This document shows, piece by piece, positions 31,234-40,539 of a stretch of 64,000 bases of DNA (its first letter is position 1; each line of letters begins with the position of its first letter). The position numbers and the translations under genes are program-made. Origin of the DNA: a virus; the IMG/VR virus record IMGVR_UViG_3300047562_004403, positions 15,817 to 79,816 of that record; one strand, 5' to 3'. The notes beneath the pieces are model-generated. The model searched no databases. It saw only the letters and a program-made list of their open reading frames with translations, and was not told the origin of the DNA.

Positions 31234-31742
31234 CAAATTCTTATAACATAAAAATTTTAGAAAATTATGTTACAAATGTAACTGAAATACTTGAGGAAGT
31301 ATATAAACATCCAAAAGACTTGTTTAAAAGTAGATCTGAAGGTCCTGGATCATATAAATTTATAACTTTGGATGGTAAAGGGGCGTCTATGAGTACTATG
31401 ATGTACCATAATTTTTCTAAAAAATTAAAAAAACTCTGTATAAAAACAGTAAATTTTGGCAAATTTTTTCCCCCCGACCAAATTGCGATAAATAAATACC
31501 CCCCAGGGTCTTATCTTGGTAAACATAAAGACGGAACTGGTAAATATTGGAAATTTCAATTAATTTTTCTTCAATCTACTAAGTCTCATTTTACGTGGTA
31601 TGATAGAGAAAATAAACCGCATCTTGTTGAAGAAATACCTGGTCGAGGGTTAGAAATCCCAGTGCATATTATACATGAAAGTACCGAAATTGATCAAGAT
31701 GAAACTACTAAATATAGCATGGTATTTATCTGGGATAATTAA
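31215..31742 (+). CDS. 2OG-Fe(II) oxygenase superfamily protein
   Basis: INKYPPGSYLGKHKD...HES HxD..H triad. Confidence 0.75.
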   Translation: MDPSELTNSYNIKILENYVTNVTEILEEVYKHPKDLFKSRSEGPGSYKFITLDGKGASMSTMMYHNFSKKLKKLCIKTVNFGKFFPPDQIAINKYPPGSYLGKHKDGTGKYWKFQLIFLQSTKSHFTWYDRENKPHLVEEIPGRGLEIPVHIIHESTEIDQDETTKYSMVFIWDN

Positions 31743-31769
31743 GTTGAAAGATTTTAATAACGTTATAAA

Positions 31770-32237
31770 ATGAAAAAGTTTTTACTTTTTAATAAAGAAT
31801 CTGGTTCTTTTATTTCTCTTGTAGAACCCGAAGGTTTTAATCCCGAGGCTATTGATTCGAATCTTCTTCTAGTCAAAGAAGTAGAGATGGGAGAAAATGA
31901 CTTCTGGTACGGTGATTATGAGACGGGCAGAGTTTATAAAGGAACAGATATTGTTGTAATTTCACAGCAAGAAGTTCGTGATAGCGCAATTAGAAAAATT
32001 TTCTCTAAATATTTCTTCATCGACCAGATTAAAATTATTACAGACCAATTAAAAACCATGGTTGATTCGGAAAATCAAACGCAAGAATTTAAAGACATGG
32101 TGGAATTTATCGATCAAGTGCGTTCTGAATATCATGCAAAGAAAGAAATATATTCTTCTAATCCCGAAATGTATATTTGGGTAACTGATGAAGAATCACG
32201 ACAACAACAAGAAGGACGTTACAAAGGCTTCTTCTAA
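31770..32237 (+). CDS. Hypothetical protein (possible fibre assembly chaperone)
   Basis: 155-aa ORF after the fibre gene; GTTGAAAG motif upstream. Confidence 0.45.
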   Translation: MKKFLLFNKESGSFISLVEPEGFNPEAIDSNLLLVKEVEMGENDFWYGDYETGRVYKGTDIVVISQQEVRDSAIRKIFSKYFFIDQIKIITDQLKTMVDSENQTQEFKDMVEFIDQVRSEYHAKKEIYSSNPEMYIWVTDEESRQQQEGRYKGFF

Positions 32238-32240
32238 ACG

Positions 32241-32577
32241 CATGGGATTAAACCTCTCCCGTTCGACTTCTGGTAAAAAAGCCCGTGCTCCTAAATGGTG
32301 GGGGAGAATGGTAGAAAATCTTCCTAAAATTTATATTCAGGCTATTAGACCAAAAACCTGGACCCCGCACCTCGCTCAAAAATGGATAAAAGCGGTGCCT
32401 TCTAAATGCCCCTTTGAAAGACAAATTTGGTGGGGTGATCGGCTATTGCTATATATCCCGCCCCTCTGCCCCCTCAATCCGCTATCCTCACAACTTTACG
32501 AAATTCGACTAGAGGCTCAAACTTATCTTGCAAACCTACAACCCCGTCAATCGCCCAGTAGTCAGTTTATAGATTGA
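32241..32577 (+). CDS. Mo-dependent nitrogenase C-terminal domain-like protein (cyanobacterial family)
   Basis: PSKCPFERQI....LLYIPPLCPLNPL..QL..IR..A..YL signature. Start approximate (MGLNLS). Confidence 0.75.
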
Positions 32578-32609
32578 TATACCACCACCCCACGAACCGG
32601 GCCAATGTG

Positions 32610-32618
32610 TGGTATAAT
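32610..32618 (+). promoter_or_regulatory. Extended -10 host-sigma promoter
   Basis: TGGTATAAT upstream of 32682. Confidence 0.65.
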
Positions 32619-32681
32619 ATATCAAGAGTTAAAGAGAGATCTTTTACTCCAAAGAGACACCTACTAAGTGAGTTTTAAAAA

Positions 32682-33620
32682 ATGTCCGCAGCAACTTTTT
32701 CCGTTACGACCATTGACCTGAGCACTAACGCTCCGCAACTTGCCCCGCTCAGTGGCCGTGAATATACCTCTGAATACACCTCGCTTCCTAACGCCAATTT
32801 GCCTAAGGGTTTGCGTAGGGACCTCGATACTGTATTTCAGTTTCTAACCAACGAGGAACTTCCACTCGATGAGAACACTTTCCTCATCAAGTCTCGTGAT
32901 GGTATTTATTTTCGCCTCTTCGGTCCTGTTCTGAAAGCCGGAGCGACTGGAGTGGAGGGCACAGAAGATGGCCAACTCTACATTCAATGGGGGCCACGCT
33001 ATCTGCCCCTCGGTATTACCAAGGGCGGTTTTGTAAAGCCCGATGGTACTGAGATTGAAGCCGAATTTGGTTCATATAACTTCTCTGGGCGAGGAGAAGA
33101 TCCCGCGCTGTTTGTCAGTGTTGATACAGAAAATGGTCAACTGGTTCTTCCGGTGGCCGTACGTTTTACCGACTGGGAAAATCCCACAGAACCTAAGGCT
33201 CTTAACGCTCTTCTCAAGAAGAAGCCCGGGGATGTGGTAACTTTGATTCAAAAAGTTACCCCCAAAGGTGCCGGGGCAGGCGGTCCTCGTATTGAAGCCG
33301 ATAGCGAAATTGATTTTCGTGAGCTGGAGGTAAATGTCCCCTATGAGGTAATTAATTACTATCCATGTAAAACCACGTATGGTTTGACATACAGGATCAT
33401 GATTAATAACTATCCAGAAGAAGGCCAAGTAGCCGGCGCCTGGGCCCATAGCTCCATTCGTCCGCTCCTCTCTACTAAACCCGAAATCAATAGAGAAAAG
33501 CCCGCAGTTTTGACTTTGCGTTCTAAAGAAGAACTGGATAATGGTAAAATTCGCATTCGTTCTACCTTGCTCCTGAGTCGTCAAGAAGCTTCCGATGAGG
33601 ACCTCAATCTAGATTTTTAG
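32682..33620 (+). CDS. Putative single-stranded DNA-binding protein
   Basis: Acidic-aromatic C-terminal tail (SDEDLNLDF), beta-rich, own promoter and terminator. Function is inferred. Confidence 0.45.
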   Translation: MSAATFSVTTIDLSTNAPQLAPLSGREYTSEYTSLPNANLPKGLRRDLDTVFQFLTNEELPLDENTFLIKSRDGIYFRLFGPVLKAGATGVEGTEDGQLYIQWGPRYLPLGITKGGFVKPDGTEIEAEFGSYNFSGRGEDPALFVSVDTENGQLVLPVAVRFTDWENPTEPKALNALLKKKPGDVVTLIQKVTPKGAGAGGPRIEADSEIDFRELEVNVPYEVINYYPCKTTYGLTYRIMINNYPEEGQVAGAWAHSSIRPLLSTKPEINREKPAVLTLRSKEELDNGKIRIRSTLLLSRQEASDEDLNLDF

Positions 33621-33644
33621 GCTTAAGTCCTGATTTTTAACCTA

Positions 33645-33682
33645 GAGGTAGCTCCGAGAATTTCTCGGGGCTATTTCTTTTG
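33645..33682 (+). terminator. Intrinsic terminator
   Basis: TAGCTCCGAGA-ATT-TCTCGGGGCTA hairpin followed by TTTCTTTT. Confidence 0.75.
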
Positions 33683-33683
33683 G

Positions 33684-33691
33684 GTTTAAAG
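33684..33691 (+). promoter_or_regulatory. Putative late promoter element GTTTAAAG
   Basis: Exact motif 22 nt before the ATG at 33714. Confidence 0.6.
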
Positions 33692-33713
33692 ACTCATACA
33701 GAGCGTATTATCT

Positions 33714-34268
33714 ATGGATCACAAACTAATCATACCAGAGGGCTGGGAGGTTGCCTCCTATGCCGAACCTGGCACCGATACAGGGAAAACAAAGAAAAAC
33801 CTAGAATTAGTAAAACCTGGTCCCCAATCCGGTGAAGATGATTATCATTCTCAATACGTAGATCCCGAAGGCGCTTTCGGTGCGGCTAAAGTTGGCGGCG
33901 GAGAGACACCCTCTTACGAAGGACCACACGATAAAGACATGAATCCAGAAGGCAAATCTGGTTATGATGTGGGACAACTTCATGTCGAGCCGGGTGAGAT
34001 TGTTGTGGAGCAAGGAGTACAACATAGACGTTCTTATTTTCTTGTTACCCACCCCGATGAAGAATATTTCTATTCGGTGATTCCTAAGATAAAAAGTACA
34101 TCTGAAGAGTATAAGAGTCCGAAGAAGCGTACCCGCTCTGAGGCGCTAGAGATGGCCTACAAGGTGCTTAATGCCACGCTTCCTGAATCGGTTTCTGACC
34201 AGATGCATTATACATATCCGGAAACGGAGATTGTAGTTAAATCCACAGCAAGCCAGCAGCATATGTGA
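33714..34268 (+). CDS. Hypothetical PxGW-tagged protein (putative internal head protein)
   Basis: N-terminal IIPEGWEVASYAE. Confidence 0.55.
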   Translation: MDHKLIIPEGWEVASYAEPGTDTGKTKKNLELVKPGPQSGEDDYHSQYVDPEGAFGAAKVGGGETPSYEGPHDKDMNPEGKSGYDVGQLHVEPGEIVVEQGVQHRRSYFLVTHPDEEYFYSVIPKIKSTSEEYKSPKKRTRSEALEMAYKVLNATLPESVSDQMHYTYPETEIVVKSTASQQHM

Positions 34269-34338
34269 CCACCGCGTAAACGCGGTAAAACCAACTCATG
34301 GTAGAATAAGGGAGATTAAGTCAAATTTTTTTCATTCA

Positions 34339-35076
34339 GTGTCCAATCTCCTACTCATATCTGATGTTCACTCTAGAGACGATGCGCTCTTCCGCCTAAT
34401 CGATAAACTCTCTAAGCCAATCAATTCAGGAGCACATATCGTATTTCTCGGGGACTTGTCAGATTGTAGAGATAAATTATATAGGCCTCAATGTTCTTTT
34501 CTTAAAGTATATAATTTGGTAAGACAACTTTGCGATGAAGGGTATGCCACTCTTCTTCACTCAAACCATGGTCAAAATTTAACAGATTACTTTTTAAATC
34601 GTCGAGACGTTCGTAAAAATATTGTAGGATTTAAAGATACAATTAATGAAATCGAGACTCTGGACAAACCTATTCAGAACGAAATGATTCTGTGGTTGGA
34701 TTCAAGACCTCTTATATACACTTATAATTCCGAAAGCGGAAAAACATATAAAATAGCCCACGCTTTTTATCAAAAAGATATTGAAGCAAAATACTCCGAA
34801 GGAGGTATTACTCCGGAGGAGTTAGATTTTACGCTAAGAGGAAGAAAATCGTCCTGGTTTTGGAAAGGACGCAAAATAACTAAACGAACAGGATTCTGGA
34901 GAAATCCGGATCGTTGGGGAGCCAACGGATCAGACGTTCTCTGCTCGGGGCATTGGGCCACAACATTAGTCGAATCTAACTGCGTGGTTAATGATCCTGG
35001 CGGAGATGCTACTGACGGAACTCTAGGAGTTTTTGATTGTAATAATCACAACTTAACTATTTACGAAAATAAATGA
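34339..35076 (+). CDS. Calcineurin-like metallophosphoesterase
   Basis: SDVH, GDLSD, SNH, AHA, GHW motifs; TGGTAGAAT promoter at 34299-34307. Confidence 0.85.
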   Translation: MSNLLLISDVHSRDDALFRLIDKLSKPINSGAHIVFLGDLSDCRDKLYRPQCSFLKVYNLVRQLCDEGYATLLHSNHGQNLTDYFLNRRDVRKNIVGFKDTINEIETLDKPIQNEMILWLDSRPLIYTYNSESGKTYKIAHAFYQKDIEAKYSEGGITPEELDFTLRGRKSSWFWKGRKITKRTGFWRNPDRWGANGSDVLCSGHWATTLVESNCVVNDPGGDATDGTLGVFDCNNHNLTIYENK

Positions 35077-36080
35077 CTAGCATTCTTGACCATAATAAGA
35101 TGGTCTTTAAAAAAGACAATGGATTTGATTTTCCAGAATTTTATGATTATTATGAACGTACTGTAGCTAGCGTATGGCGGCACCAAGAGGTGGCAATGGA
35201 GGGAGATCTTAGAGATTGGCAATTCAACTCAACACCGGACGAAAGAGCCGTTATAGCCGGCATTTTAAAGGGCTTTGTAAGCGCTGAGTTGGGAATTGGT
35301 TGTTACTGGGCCGATGAGGTTTGTCGCATTTTCCCCAAGCCTGAGATCCAGGCAATGGCCCGTGCCTTCTCATTCTTTGAGACAATTCACGCTGCTGCCT
35401 ACTCCTATCTTAATGATGTTCTTGGCCTTAAGGAATACGAGGAGTTCATCAACGATCCTGTTGCCTGTTCCAAGATCGATACTTTTTTTCAAAAATACCC
35501 AGACAAAGTTTCTCTCGCCGTGTTCTCAGGAGCCGGAGAGGGCGTATCACTATTTAGCTCATTCGCTGTATTACTAAGTTTTAACAAAGATGGACGTTAC
35601 AAGGGCCTCGCGCAGATCATCTCGTGGTCGGCGATTGACGAGCAGACGCACTCGGAAGCAGGGTGTAAGTTATTCCGCGAACTTATCAACGAGACTGGAA
35701 TCAGTAAAGAGGAGGAAGAAGCGATCTATGAGGGCTTCCGTCTTGTGGTGGGCAAAGAGTTCGCTTTTATTGACCACATTTTTAATGTTGCATATATTGG
35801 CTCGATTAACGCTGATGAGTTGAAAGCTTACATAATGAATCGTGCCAATGAACGACTTCTTACGCTTGGATTGCAACAAATCTTCCACCTATCTACTGAA
35901 GAGCTTTCAAAGGCAAAAACTATTAGCGCTTGGTTTGAGCCTATGATTAAAGGGGCTAGTAATTCTGATTTCTTTGCTCAAAGTAAATCTGGTGATAATT
36001 ACGTAGCTAAACCTTCTCAGGATTATATGAGCGTAGATCTTACAAGCATAGATCTAGAAAAATGTCTTTCTTATACATAA
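35073..36080 (+). CDS. nrdB: Ribonucleotide reductase class I beta subunit
   Basis: W..QEV.M..D..DW, ETIHAAAY, EGVSLFSSF, DEQTH, DFF motifs. Confidence 0.95.
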   Translation: MTSILDHNKMVFKKDNGFDFPEFYDYYERTVASVWRHQEVAMEGDLRDWQFNSTPDERAVIAGILKGFVSAELGIGCYWADEVCRIFPKPEIQAMARAFSFFETIHAAAYSYLNDVLGLKEYEEFINDPVACSKIDTFFQKYPDKVSLAVFSGAGEGVSLFSSFAVLLSFNKDGRYKGLAQIISWSAIDEQTHSEAGCKLFRELINETGISKEEEEAIYEGFRLVVGKEFAFIDHIFNVAYIGSINADELKAYIMNRANERLLTLGLQQIFHLSTEELSKAKTISAWFEPMIKGASNSDFFAQSKSGDNYVAKPSQDYMSVDLTSIDLEKCLSYT

Positions 36081-36086
36081 AAATTT

Positions 36087-36290
36087 ATGGCAATTCAACC
36101 TCATCCGGACAGAGTTGAAAAACTCATGGCAACTGACCACGGCACGGTGTGTTTAATTACAGATAACCGAGCCGATTTATACATAAAAAAATCTAAAGAA
36201 AAACTTAATAAACCCCCGGCAAATAGGCTTTCGAGGCCATGCGGCGGAAAGGGAGGATTTGACGATTATGTCGAGCGATGGTATGGATGA
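36087..36290 (+). CDS. Hypothetical protein
   Basis: 67-aa ORF tightly packed after nrdB. Confidence 0.55.
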   Translation: MAIQPHPDRVEKLMATDHGTVCLITDNRADLYIKKSKEKLNKPPANRLSRPCGGKGGFDDYVERWYG

Positions 36291-36693
36291 TTTTGTAAAA
36301 CCTGAGGGTTGGAAAGTTAAAGGTCGGGATCAGGGCGGCAGAAACTATTCCGACTCCGGAGAGCAATGGAAGCAATGGAAAGATTCCCCATACGAAGTAA
36401 GTAGTAGTGGTAAAGTTCGTCGTAAAGGCGATGCCGAACACCGTAAACCTCGCGATGATGATCGTAAACACCAACGTGTTAATCTTACTTGGAATGGTAA
36501 GCGAGAAGAACCGCCTTTACATCAAATGGTGATGGAATTATTTGGCCCACCTAGGCCCAAAGGGAAACATATTGTTATCCTTCACAAGGATAATGATGGT
36601 ACAAATAATGCAATTTCTAATCTGAAATGGGGAACTAGATCTGAGAACGTACAACAAGCCCATGACGATGGCTTAATTAAAAATAAAAAGTAA
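36283..36693 (+). CDS. NUMOD4-like/HNH endonuclease with N-terminal PxGW leader
   Basis: YEVSSSGKVR, LHQMVMELF, HKDNDGTNNAISNLKWGTRSEN. Start at ATG 36283. Confidence 0.85.
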   Translation: MDDFVKPEGWKVKGRDQGGRNYSDSGEQWKQWKDSPYEVSSSGKVRRKGDAEHRKPRDDDRKHQRVNLTWNGKREEPPLHQMVMELFGPPRPKGKHIVILHKDNDGTNNAISNLKWGTRSENVQQAHDDGLIKNKK

Positions 36694-36696
36694 TCG

Positions 36697-36735
36697 CGTA
36701 GTTGTTAGTAGATTAGTTACTAACTAACAACTATG
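36697..36735. repeat. Inverted repeat (hairpin) upstream of the nrdA promoter
   Basis: TAGTTGTTAGT...ACTAACAACTA arms. Confidence 0.6.
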
Positions 36736-36776
36736 CTACTTTATTTTGTTATAATATAGAACCAATTAAAATTACT

Positions 36777-38690
36777 ATGTCCGAACCCCAAGTCCCCTCG
36801 TGGATGTCAAAAGAAGCCATCGATACCCTATCGAGAGGATATCTATATCAGGGTGAGACGCCCAGAGGTATGTATGAAAGGGTGGCTAATCAAGCCGCTA
36901 AATTACTCAATTACCCCGAGCTCTCAGAAGATATTTTTGAAGTACTATGGAGGGGATTTCTTGGCTTAGCAACTCCCGTGGCGAGTAACTTTGGCACTTC
37001 GAGGGGGCTCCCCATCAGTTGCTACTCTAATCACGTCTCTGATTCCGTACCCTCTATCTACTCCCACCTGAAGGAGTCAGCAGCTCTCTCCCAGCATGGT
37101 GGCGGAGTGGGTACCTACTTTGGAGACATTCGTCCCGCTGGGGCTCCTATCTCATCAGGGGGAAAGAGTACAGGTATAGTGCCCTGGATGCGGCAATATG
37201 ATCAATGCGCGGCCGTTGTCTCCCAGGGTGGAGTAAGACGCGGTAGTTTCGCTCTATACCTACCCATTGACCATCCTGATTTGCCTGAAGTACTTCGTGC
37301 TAAAGACCATTCACAAGGCGATCCACGCGACTTTATTGATAGCAACGTGGCCGTAACAGTAACTGATGAGTGGGTAAAAGAATTGCTCGCGGGCGATAGA
37401 GACAAACAAAAACTCTTTGGCGAGGTACTTAAAGCCCGCCTTGTGTCAGGGTCTCCTTACATCATCTTTATTGACAATGCCAACAAGGCCAATCCAGATT
37501 GCTACACACAACGTGGCTTAAGTGTTAAACTATCAAATTTGTGTAGCGAAATTTTTCTCCATACTGATGAAAACCATACTTTTGTATGTGTTTTATCCTC
37601 GCTAAATCTTTCTCGATGGGATGAATGGAAAAATTGGACCGCTCCTGTAACAGGCAAAACTGTCCCTGAGTTGGCTGTGTATCTCCTTGACGCGGTTGTA
37701 GAAGAGTTTTGCCATAAGGCCGAACGTCTTACTTCCTTGGGTAGGGCTGTAAGATTCGCTCGCAAATCTAGGGCTTTAGGCCTGGGTACTATGGGTCTTC
37801 ATGCTCTTTACCAATCTAAAAATTTGCCCTTCTCATCCGAAGGAGCTCGCGATCTAAACATTGAAGTACATAAATTTATCAAAGAGAAAGCGCAAAAGGC
37901 TTCTCGTGAGATGGCTATTGCCTATGGCGAGCCAGAATGGTGCCAAGGCACCGGCCTCCGTCATACCCATCTCATGGCAATTGCCCCAACCAAATCTAAT
38001 TCCGTGATCTGTGGTGCCGGGAGCGAGGGAATTGAGCCTATTGACGCCAACTATTACGTAGCCAAGCAAGCTAAGGGGACATTTGTTCGTAAGAATAAAT
38101 ACCTAGTAGAACACTTGGAGCGCATCGGACGTAACACCGAAGAGACCTGGGAATCTATTCTAGAGTTTCGTGGATCAGTGCAACATCTAGATTTCCTTGA
38201 TGCCCACTCTAAAGAGGTATTTAAAACTGCACGTGAAATTGACCAATTTGAGTTGATCCGTCAAGCCTCAGATCGACAAAAGTATGTTTGCCAAGGTCAA
38301 TCTATCAATCTCTTTGTCGATCCCGAATCTACACCTGAGTATCTTTTCAAGCTTCATTTAAGTGCCTGGAAAGGAGGACTTAAATCTCTCTATTATTTGA
38401 AGAGTTCATCTTTGCTTATTAAGAAAAAACCATCAGGGCAACAAAAAATTGCCAAAATTATCACCAAACAAGAATGCCCTTATTGCTCCATGGCTAAGTC
38501 ACTTCTCCGTAGTCAGGGTTGGACAATTAACGAAGTAGATCGGATGAATGTTCCCGATTCTGAATGGCATTGGAAAACCGTTCCGCAGATTTGGCTCAAT
38601 GGTCAGCATGTTGGTGGTTATACCGACTTGGCAGAAAAACTCGGTCATAGGGAAAAATCTTATGGTGAATGTGTGGCCTGTGAGGGTTAA
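36777..38690 (+). CDS. nrdA: Ribonucleotide reductase class I alpha subunit with fused glutaredoxin domain
   Basis: ATPV..N, SCY, GGGVG, SNLCSEI, APT, CQGQSINL, KSLYY, then CPYC...TVPQIW...GGY and terminal CVACEG; TGTTATAAT promoter at 36747. Confidence 0.95.
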   Translation: MSEPQVPSWMSKEAIDTLSRGYLYQGETPRGMYERVANQAAKLLNYPELSEDIFEVLWRGFLGLATPVASNFGTSRGLPISCYSNHVSDSVPSIYSHLKESAALSQHGGGVGTYFGDIRPAGAPISSGGKSTGIVPWMRQYDQCAAVVSQGGVRRGSFALYLPIDHPDLPEVLRAKDHSQGDPRDFIDSNVAVTVTDEWVKELLAGDRDKQKLFGEVLKARLVSGSPYIIFIDNANKANPDCYTQRGLSVKLSNLCSEIFLHTDENHTFVCVLSSLNLSRWDEWKNWTAPVTGKTVPELAVYLLDAVVEEFCHKAERLTSLGRAVRFARKSRALGLGTMGLHALYQSKNLPFSSEGARDLNIEVHKFIKEKAQKASREMAIAYGEPEWCQGTGLRHTHLMAIAPTKSNSVICGAGSEGIEPIDANYYVAKQAKGTFVRKNKYLVEHLERIGRNTEETWESILEFRGSVQHLDFLDAHSKEVFKTAREIDQFELIRQASDRQKYVCQGQSINLFVDPESTPEYLFKLHLSAWKGGLKSLYYLKSSSLLIKKKPSGQQKIAKIITKQECPYCSMAKSLLRSQGWTINEVDRMNVPDSEWHWKTVPQIWLNGQHVGGYTDLAEKLGHREKSYGECVACEG

Positions 38691-38693
38691 TTT

Positions 38694-39260
38694 ATGAAAA
38701 CTTATACCCATCATAAGATTCCACAAAGCAGAGGAGGGGGCGATGAAGATTGGAATTTAATACAACTTAATGCTTATGAGCATGCATATGAACATGCTTT
38801 GGATTTCGTTCTTTTTGATTCTTCTCCATCATTTGATTGTAGACAACCAGGTTGGAAATTACTTCCAAAGGATCTACAAAAAGCCGTAAAAGCTGAGATT
38901 TCTAATCGCATGAAAGGAAACACATACGCTAAAGGACATGGAGAATCAAAGCGTGGAAATAAAAATGGAATGTGGGGAAAAAGAGGAGCACTTCATCCTG
39001 GTTATGGTAGAGTAAGACCAGAAGAAGAACGTAAAAGGATTTCTAAAGCTAATAAAGGAAAATCAAAACCCCCAGAACACCGTCAAAAGATTTCAAAAGC
39101 TCTTTTAGGAAAAAAGAAGAGTGAAGAGTTTAAAATTAAAAGATCCAGAGACGCAACTGGTCGATTTTGGGTGACAGATCCTGATGGATGTGGTAGAATG
39201 TTAAAAAGAGGAACTCCTCTACCTCCTGGATACGTTCTCGGAAGACCTAAATTGTATTAA
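38694..39260 (+). CDS. HNH homing endonuclease with NUMOD3 repeats
   Basis: HHKIPQSRGGGDEDWNLIQL...H plus EERKRISKANKGK / EHRQKISKALLGKK repeats. Confidence 0.85.
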   Translation: MKTYTHHKIPQSRGGGDEDWNLIQLNAYEHAYEHALDFVLFDSSPSFDCRQPGWKLLPKDLQKAVKAEISNRMKGNTYAKGHGESKRGNKNGMWGKRGALHPGYGRVRPEEERKRISKANKGKSKPPEHRQKISKALLGKKKSEEFKIKRSRDATGRFWVTDPDGCGRMLKRGTPLPPGYVLGRPKLY

Positions 39261-39272
39261 TTTTTTTTAATC

Positions 39273-39755
39273 ATGGATCTTGTTAAGTTTATCAATGAGG
39301 GATTTAATGCCCAACAAAAGTATGCAAATAAAGTAGGAGAACTTGGCCCTAATGATTTGGCTGAGATTGATAAAATGGTAGCCCTAGGACTTCCCCAGCA
39401 TGACGCTCTTCCTTTTCGTTATGCCAAAATGATTGAACATTTCGGCCACCTTATAGAGGAATCTATTGAGGCCCGGGTGTATGTCCCGCGCCGGAGTTGG
39501 AAGAATGGTGAGCGTAGTTTCATGGATAGCGATGAACTTCGCCGAGAGTTTATTGCTGAAATGTACGATATTCTTTTATTTTTTCGTGCTATTCTGGCGT
39601 ATGCCGGGGTCAGTGGTGAGGAGTTTGCTCAGATCGCCGCTGAAAAACAGGCCTATAATCAAGTAAGACCAGATCATAACGTAAATGGAACTGCCTCAGT
39701 TATTGCCAATCCATCAGAAGAACTCCAAGGTTTTTGTGAATCTGCTTCGTTTTAA
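39273..39755 (+). CDS. All-alpha dNTP pyrophosphatase (dUTPase_2 / T4 gp56 dCTPase-like)
   Basis: EESIE...RRSWK...AEMYDILLF...K..YN..R pattern. Confidence 0.7.
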   Translation: MDLVKFINEGFNAQQKYANKVGELGPNDLAEIDKMVALGLPQHDALPFRYAKMIEHFGHLIEESIEARVYVPRRSWKNGERSFMDSDELRREFIAEMYDILLFFRAILAYAGVSGEEFAQIAAEKQAYNQVRPDHNVNGTASVIANPSEELQGFCESASF

Positions 39756-39766
39756 TTGAATTTATA

Positions 39767-39946
39767 ATGCTTATTCCTCGTCAGCGACTTATTCAGAGCA
39801 TAGATCTATGTTTTTGTGATGCATGCGATGGTAGAGGATTTCTTATTCTTGAAAAAAATTCGCCGGATGGGCGTATATTACCCAATGAAATAAAGGAGTG
39901 TGAAGTTTGCGATGGTACCGGAAAACATAAAAACAATCAGACCTAA
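39767..39946 (+). CDS. Small DnaJ-type zinc-finger protein (59 aa, not in ORF track)
   Basis: MLIPRQ...CDACDGRG...CEVCDGTG: two CxxCxGxG motifs. Confidence 0.7.
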   Translation: MLIPRQRLIQSIDLCFCDACDGRGFLILEKNSPDGRILPNEIKECEVCDGTGKHKNNQT

Positions 39947-40397
39947 TACACAAGTATTAGTTCTTAACGCATCCTATGAACCTCTTCACATCACAAGCTG
40001 GAAAAGAGCTATTATTCTACTTTTAAAGGAAAAAGCTGCTATAATCTCAGCAAAAGTTATCCGACTCGTGGAATATATAAGAATTCCTTATATTAAAATC
40101 AACTCTGTTAAGCCATCGCGCAATTTAATTTATAAAAGAGACGGGCACAAATGTCAATATTGTGGTTCGACAAGGCGTTTAACAATTGATCATATAATTC
40201 CAAAAAGTCGCGGAGGACAAGATACTTGGGACAATATGGTCGTAGCATGTTCCTCATGCAATATAAAAAAGGGAGATACATTGCTCGAGCAGACAGGAAT
40301 GAGATTAATTAAAAAACCTTTTACCCCTACCAATAAATTTCTTTTGAATCTTATTGATTCAGAGTCCGCGGAATGGACTCAATATGCTATAGGTTAA
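39912..40397 (+). CDS. HNH endonuclease (McrA-like)
   Basis: VLVLNASYEPL, RDGHKCQYCG, TIDHIIPKSRGG..W.N.V..C..CN..KG. Confidence 0.9.
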   Translation: MVPENIKTIRPNTQVLVLNASYEPLHITSWKRAIILLLKEKAAIISAKVIRLVEYIRIPYIKINSVKPSRNLIYKRDGHKCQYCGSTRRLTIDHIIPKSRGGQDTWDNMVVACSSCNIKKGDTLLEQTGMRLIKKPFTPTNKFLLNLIDSESAEWTQYAIG

Positions 40398-40408
40398 AGA
40401 GTTAATAG

Positions 40409-40506
40409 ATCGTTCATCGAGACTTAGTCTCGACGGAAGTAAGCCGACTCGGAACGGATCGTTCAGCCACAATTAATCTGGCCGCAAAAGCCGACTGAAG
40501 GAACGC
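40409..40506 (+). ncRNA. Tandem glutamine riboswitch-like RNA (glnA motif)
   Basis: Two units, each with a CGTTC...GAACG P1, an internal hairpin (TCGAGAC/GTCTCGA; GCCA/TGGC) and CGGAAGTAAG or CGCAAAAG..GAAG junctions; directly upstream of a DUF4278-like ORF. Confidence 0.75.
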
Positions 40507-40539
40507 ACCAATACCATAATAAGTAATGGAGCAAACCTA

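Noticed and set aside
32188-32577. Phage-encoded nitrogenase
   Set aside because: Only the small domain of unknown function is present; there are no nif catalytic motifs.
35073-36080. Class Ic (Tyr-less) NrdB, because the first metal ligand appears to be Glu
   Set aside because: The radical Tyr (ETIHAAAY) is retained.
36259-39260. Introns or inteins in nrdA/nrdB
   Set aside because: Both reading frames are continuous with all motifs; the HNH genes are free-standing.
40409-40506. tRNA or mini-CRISPR
   Set aside because: No cloverleaf or T-loop; the two units match a riboswitch-like P1/P2 layout.
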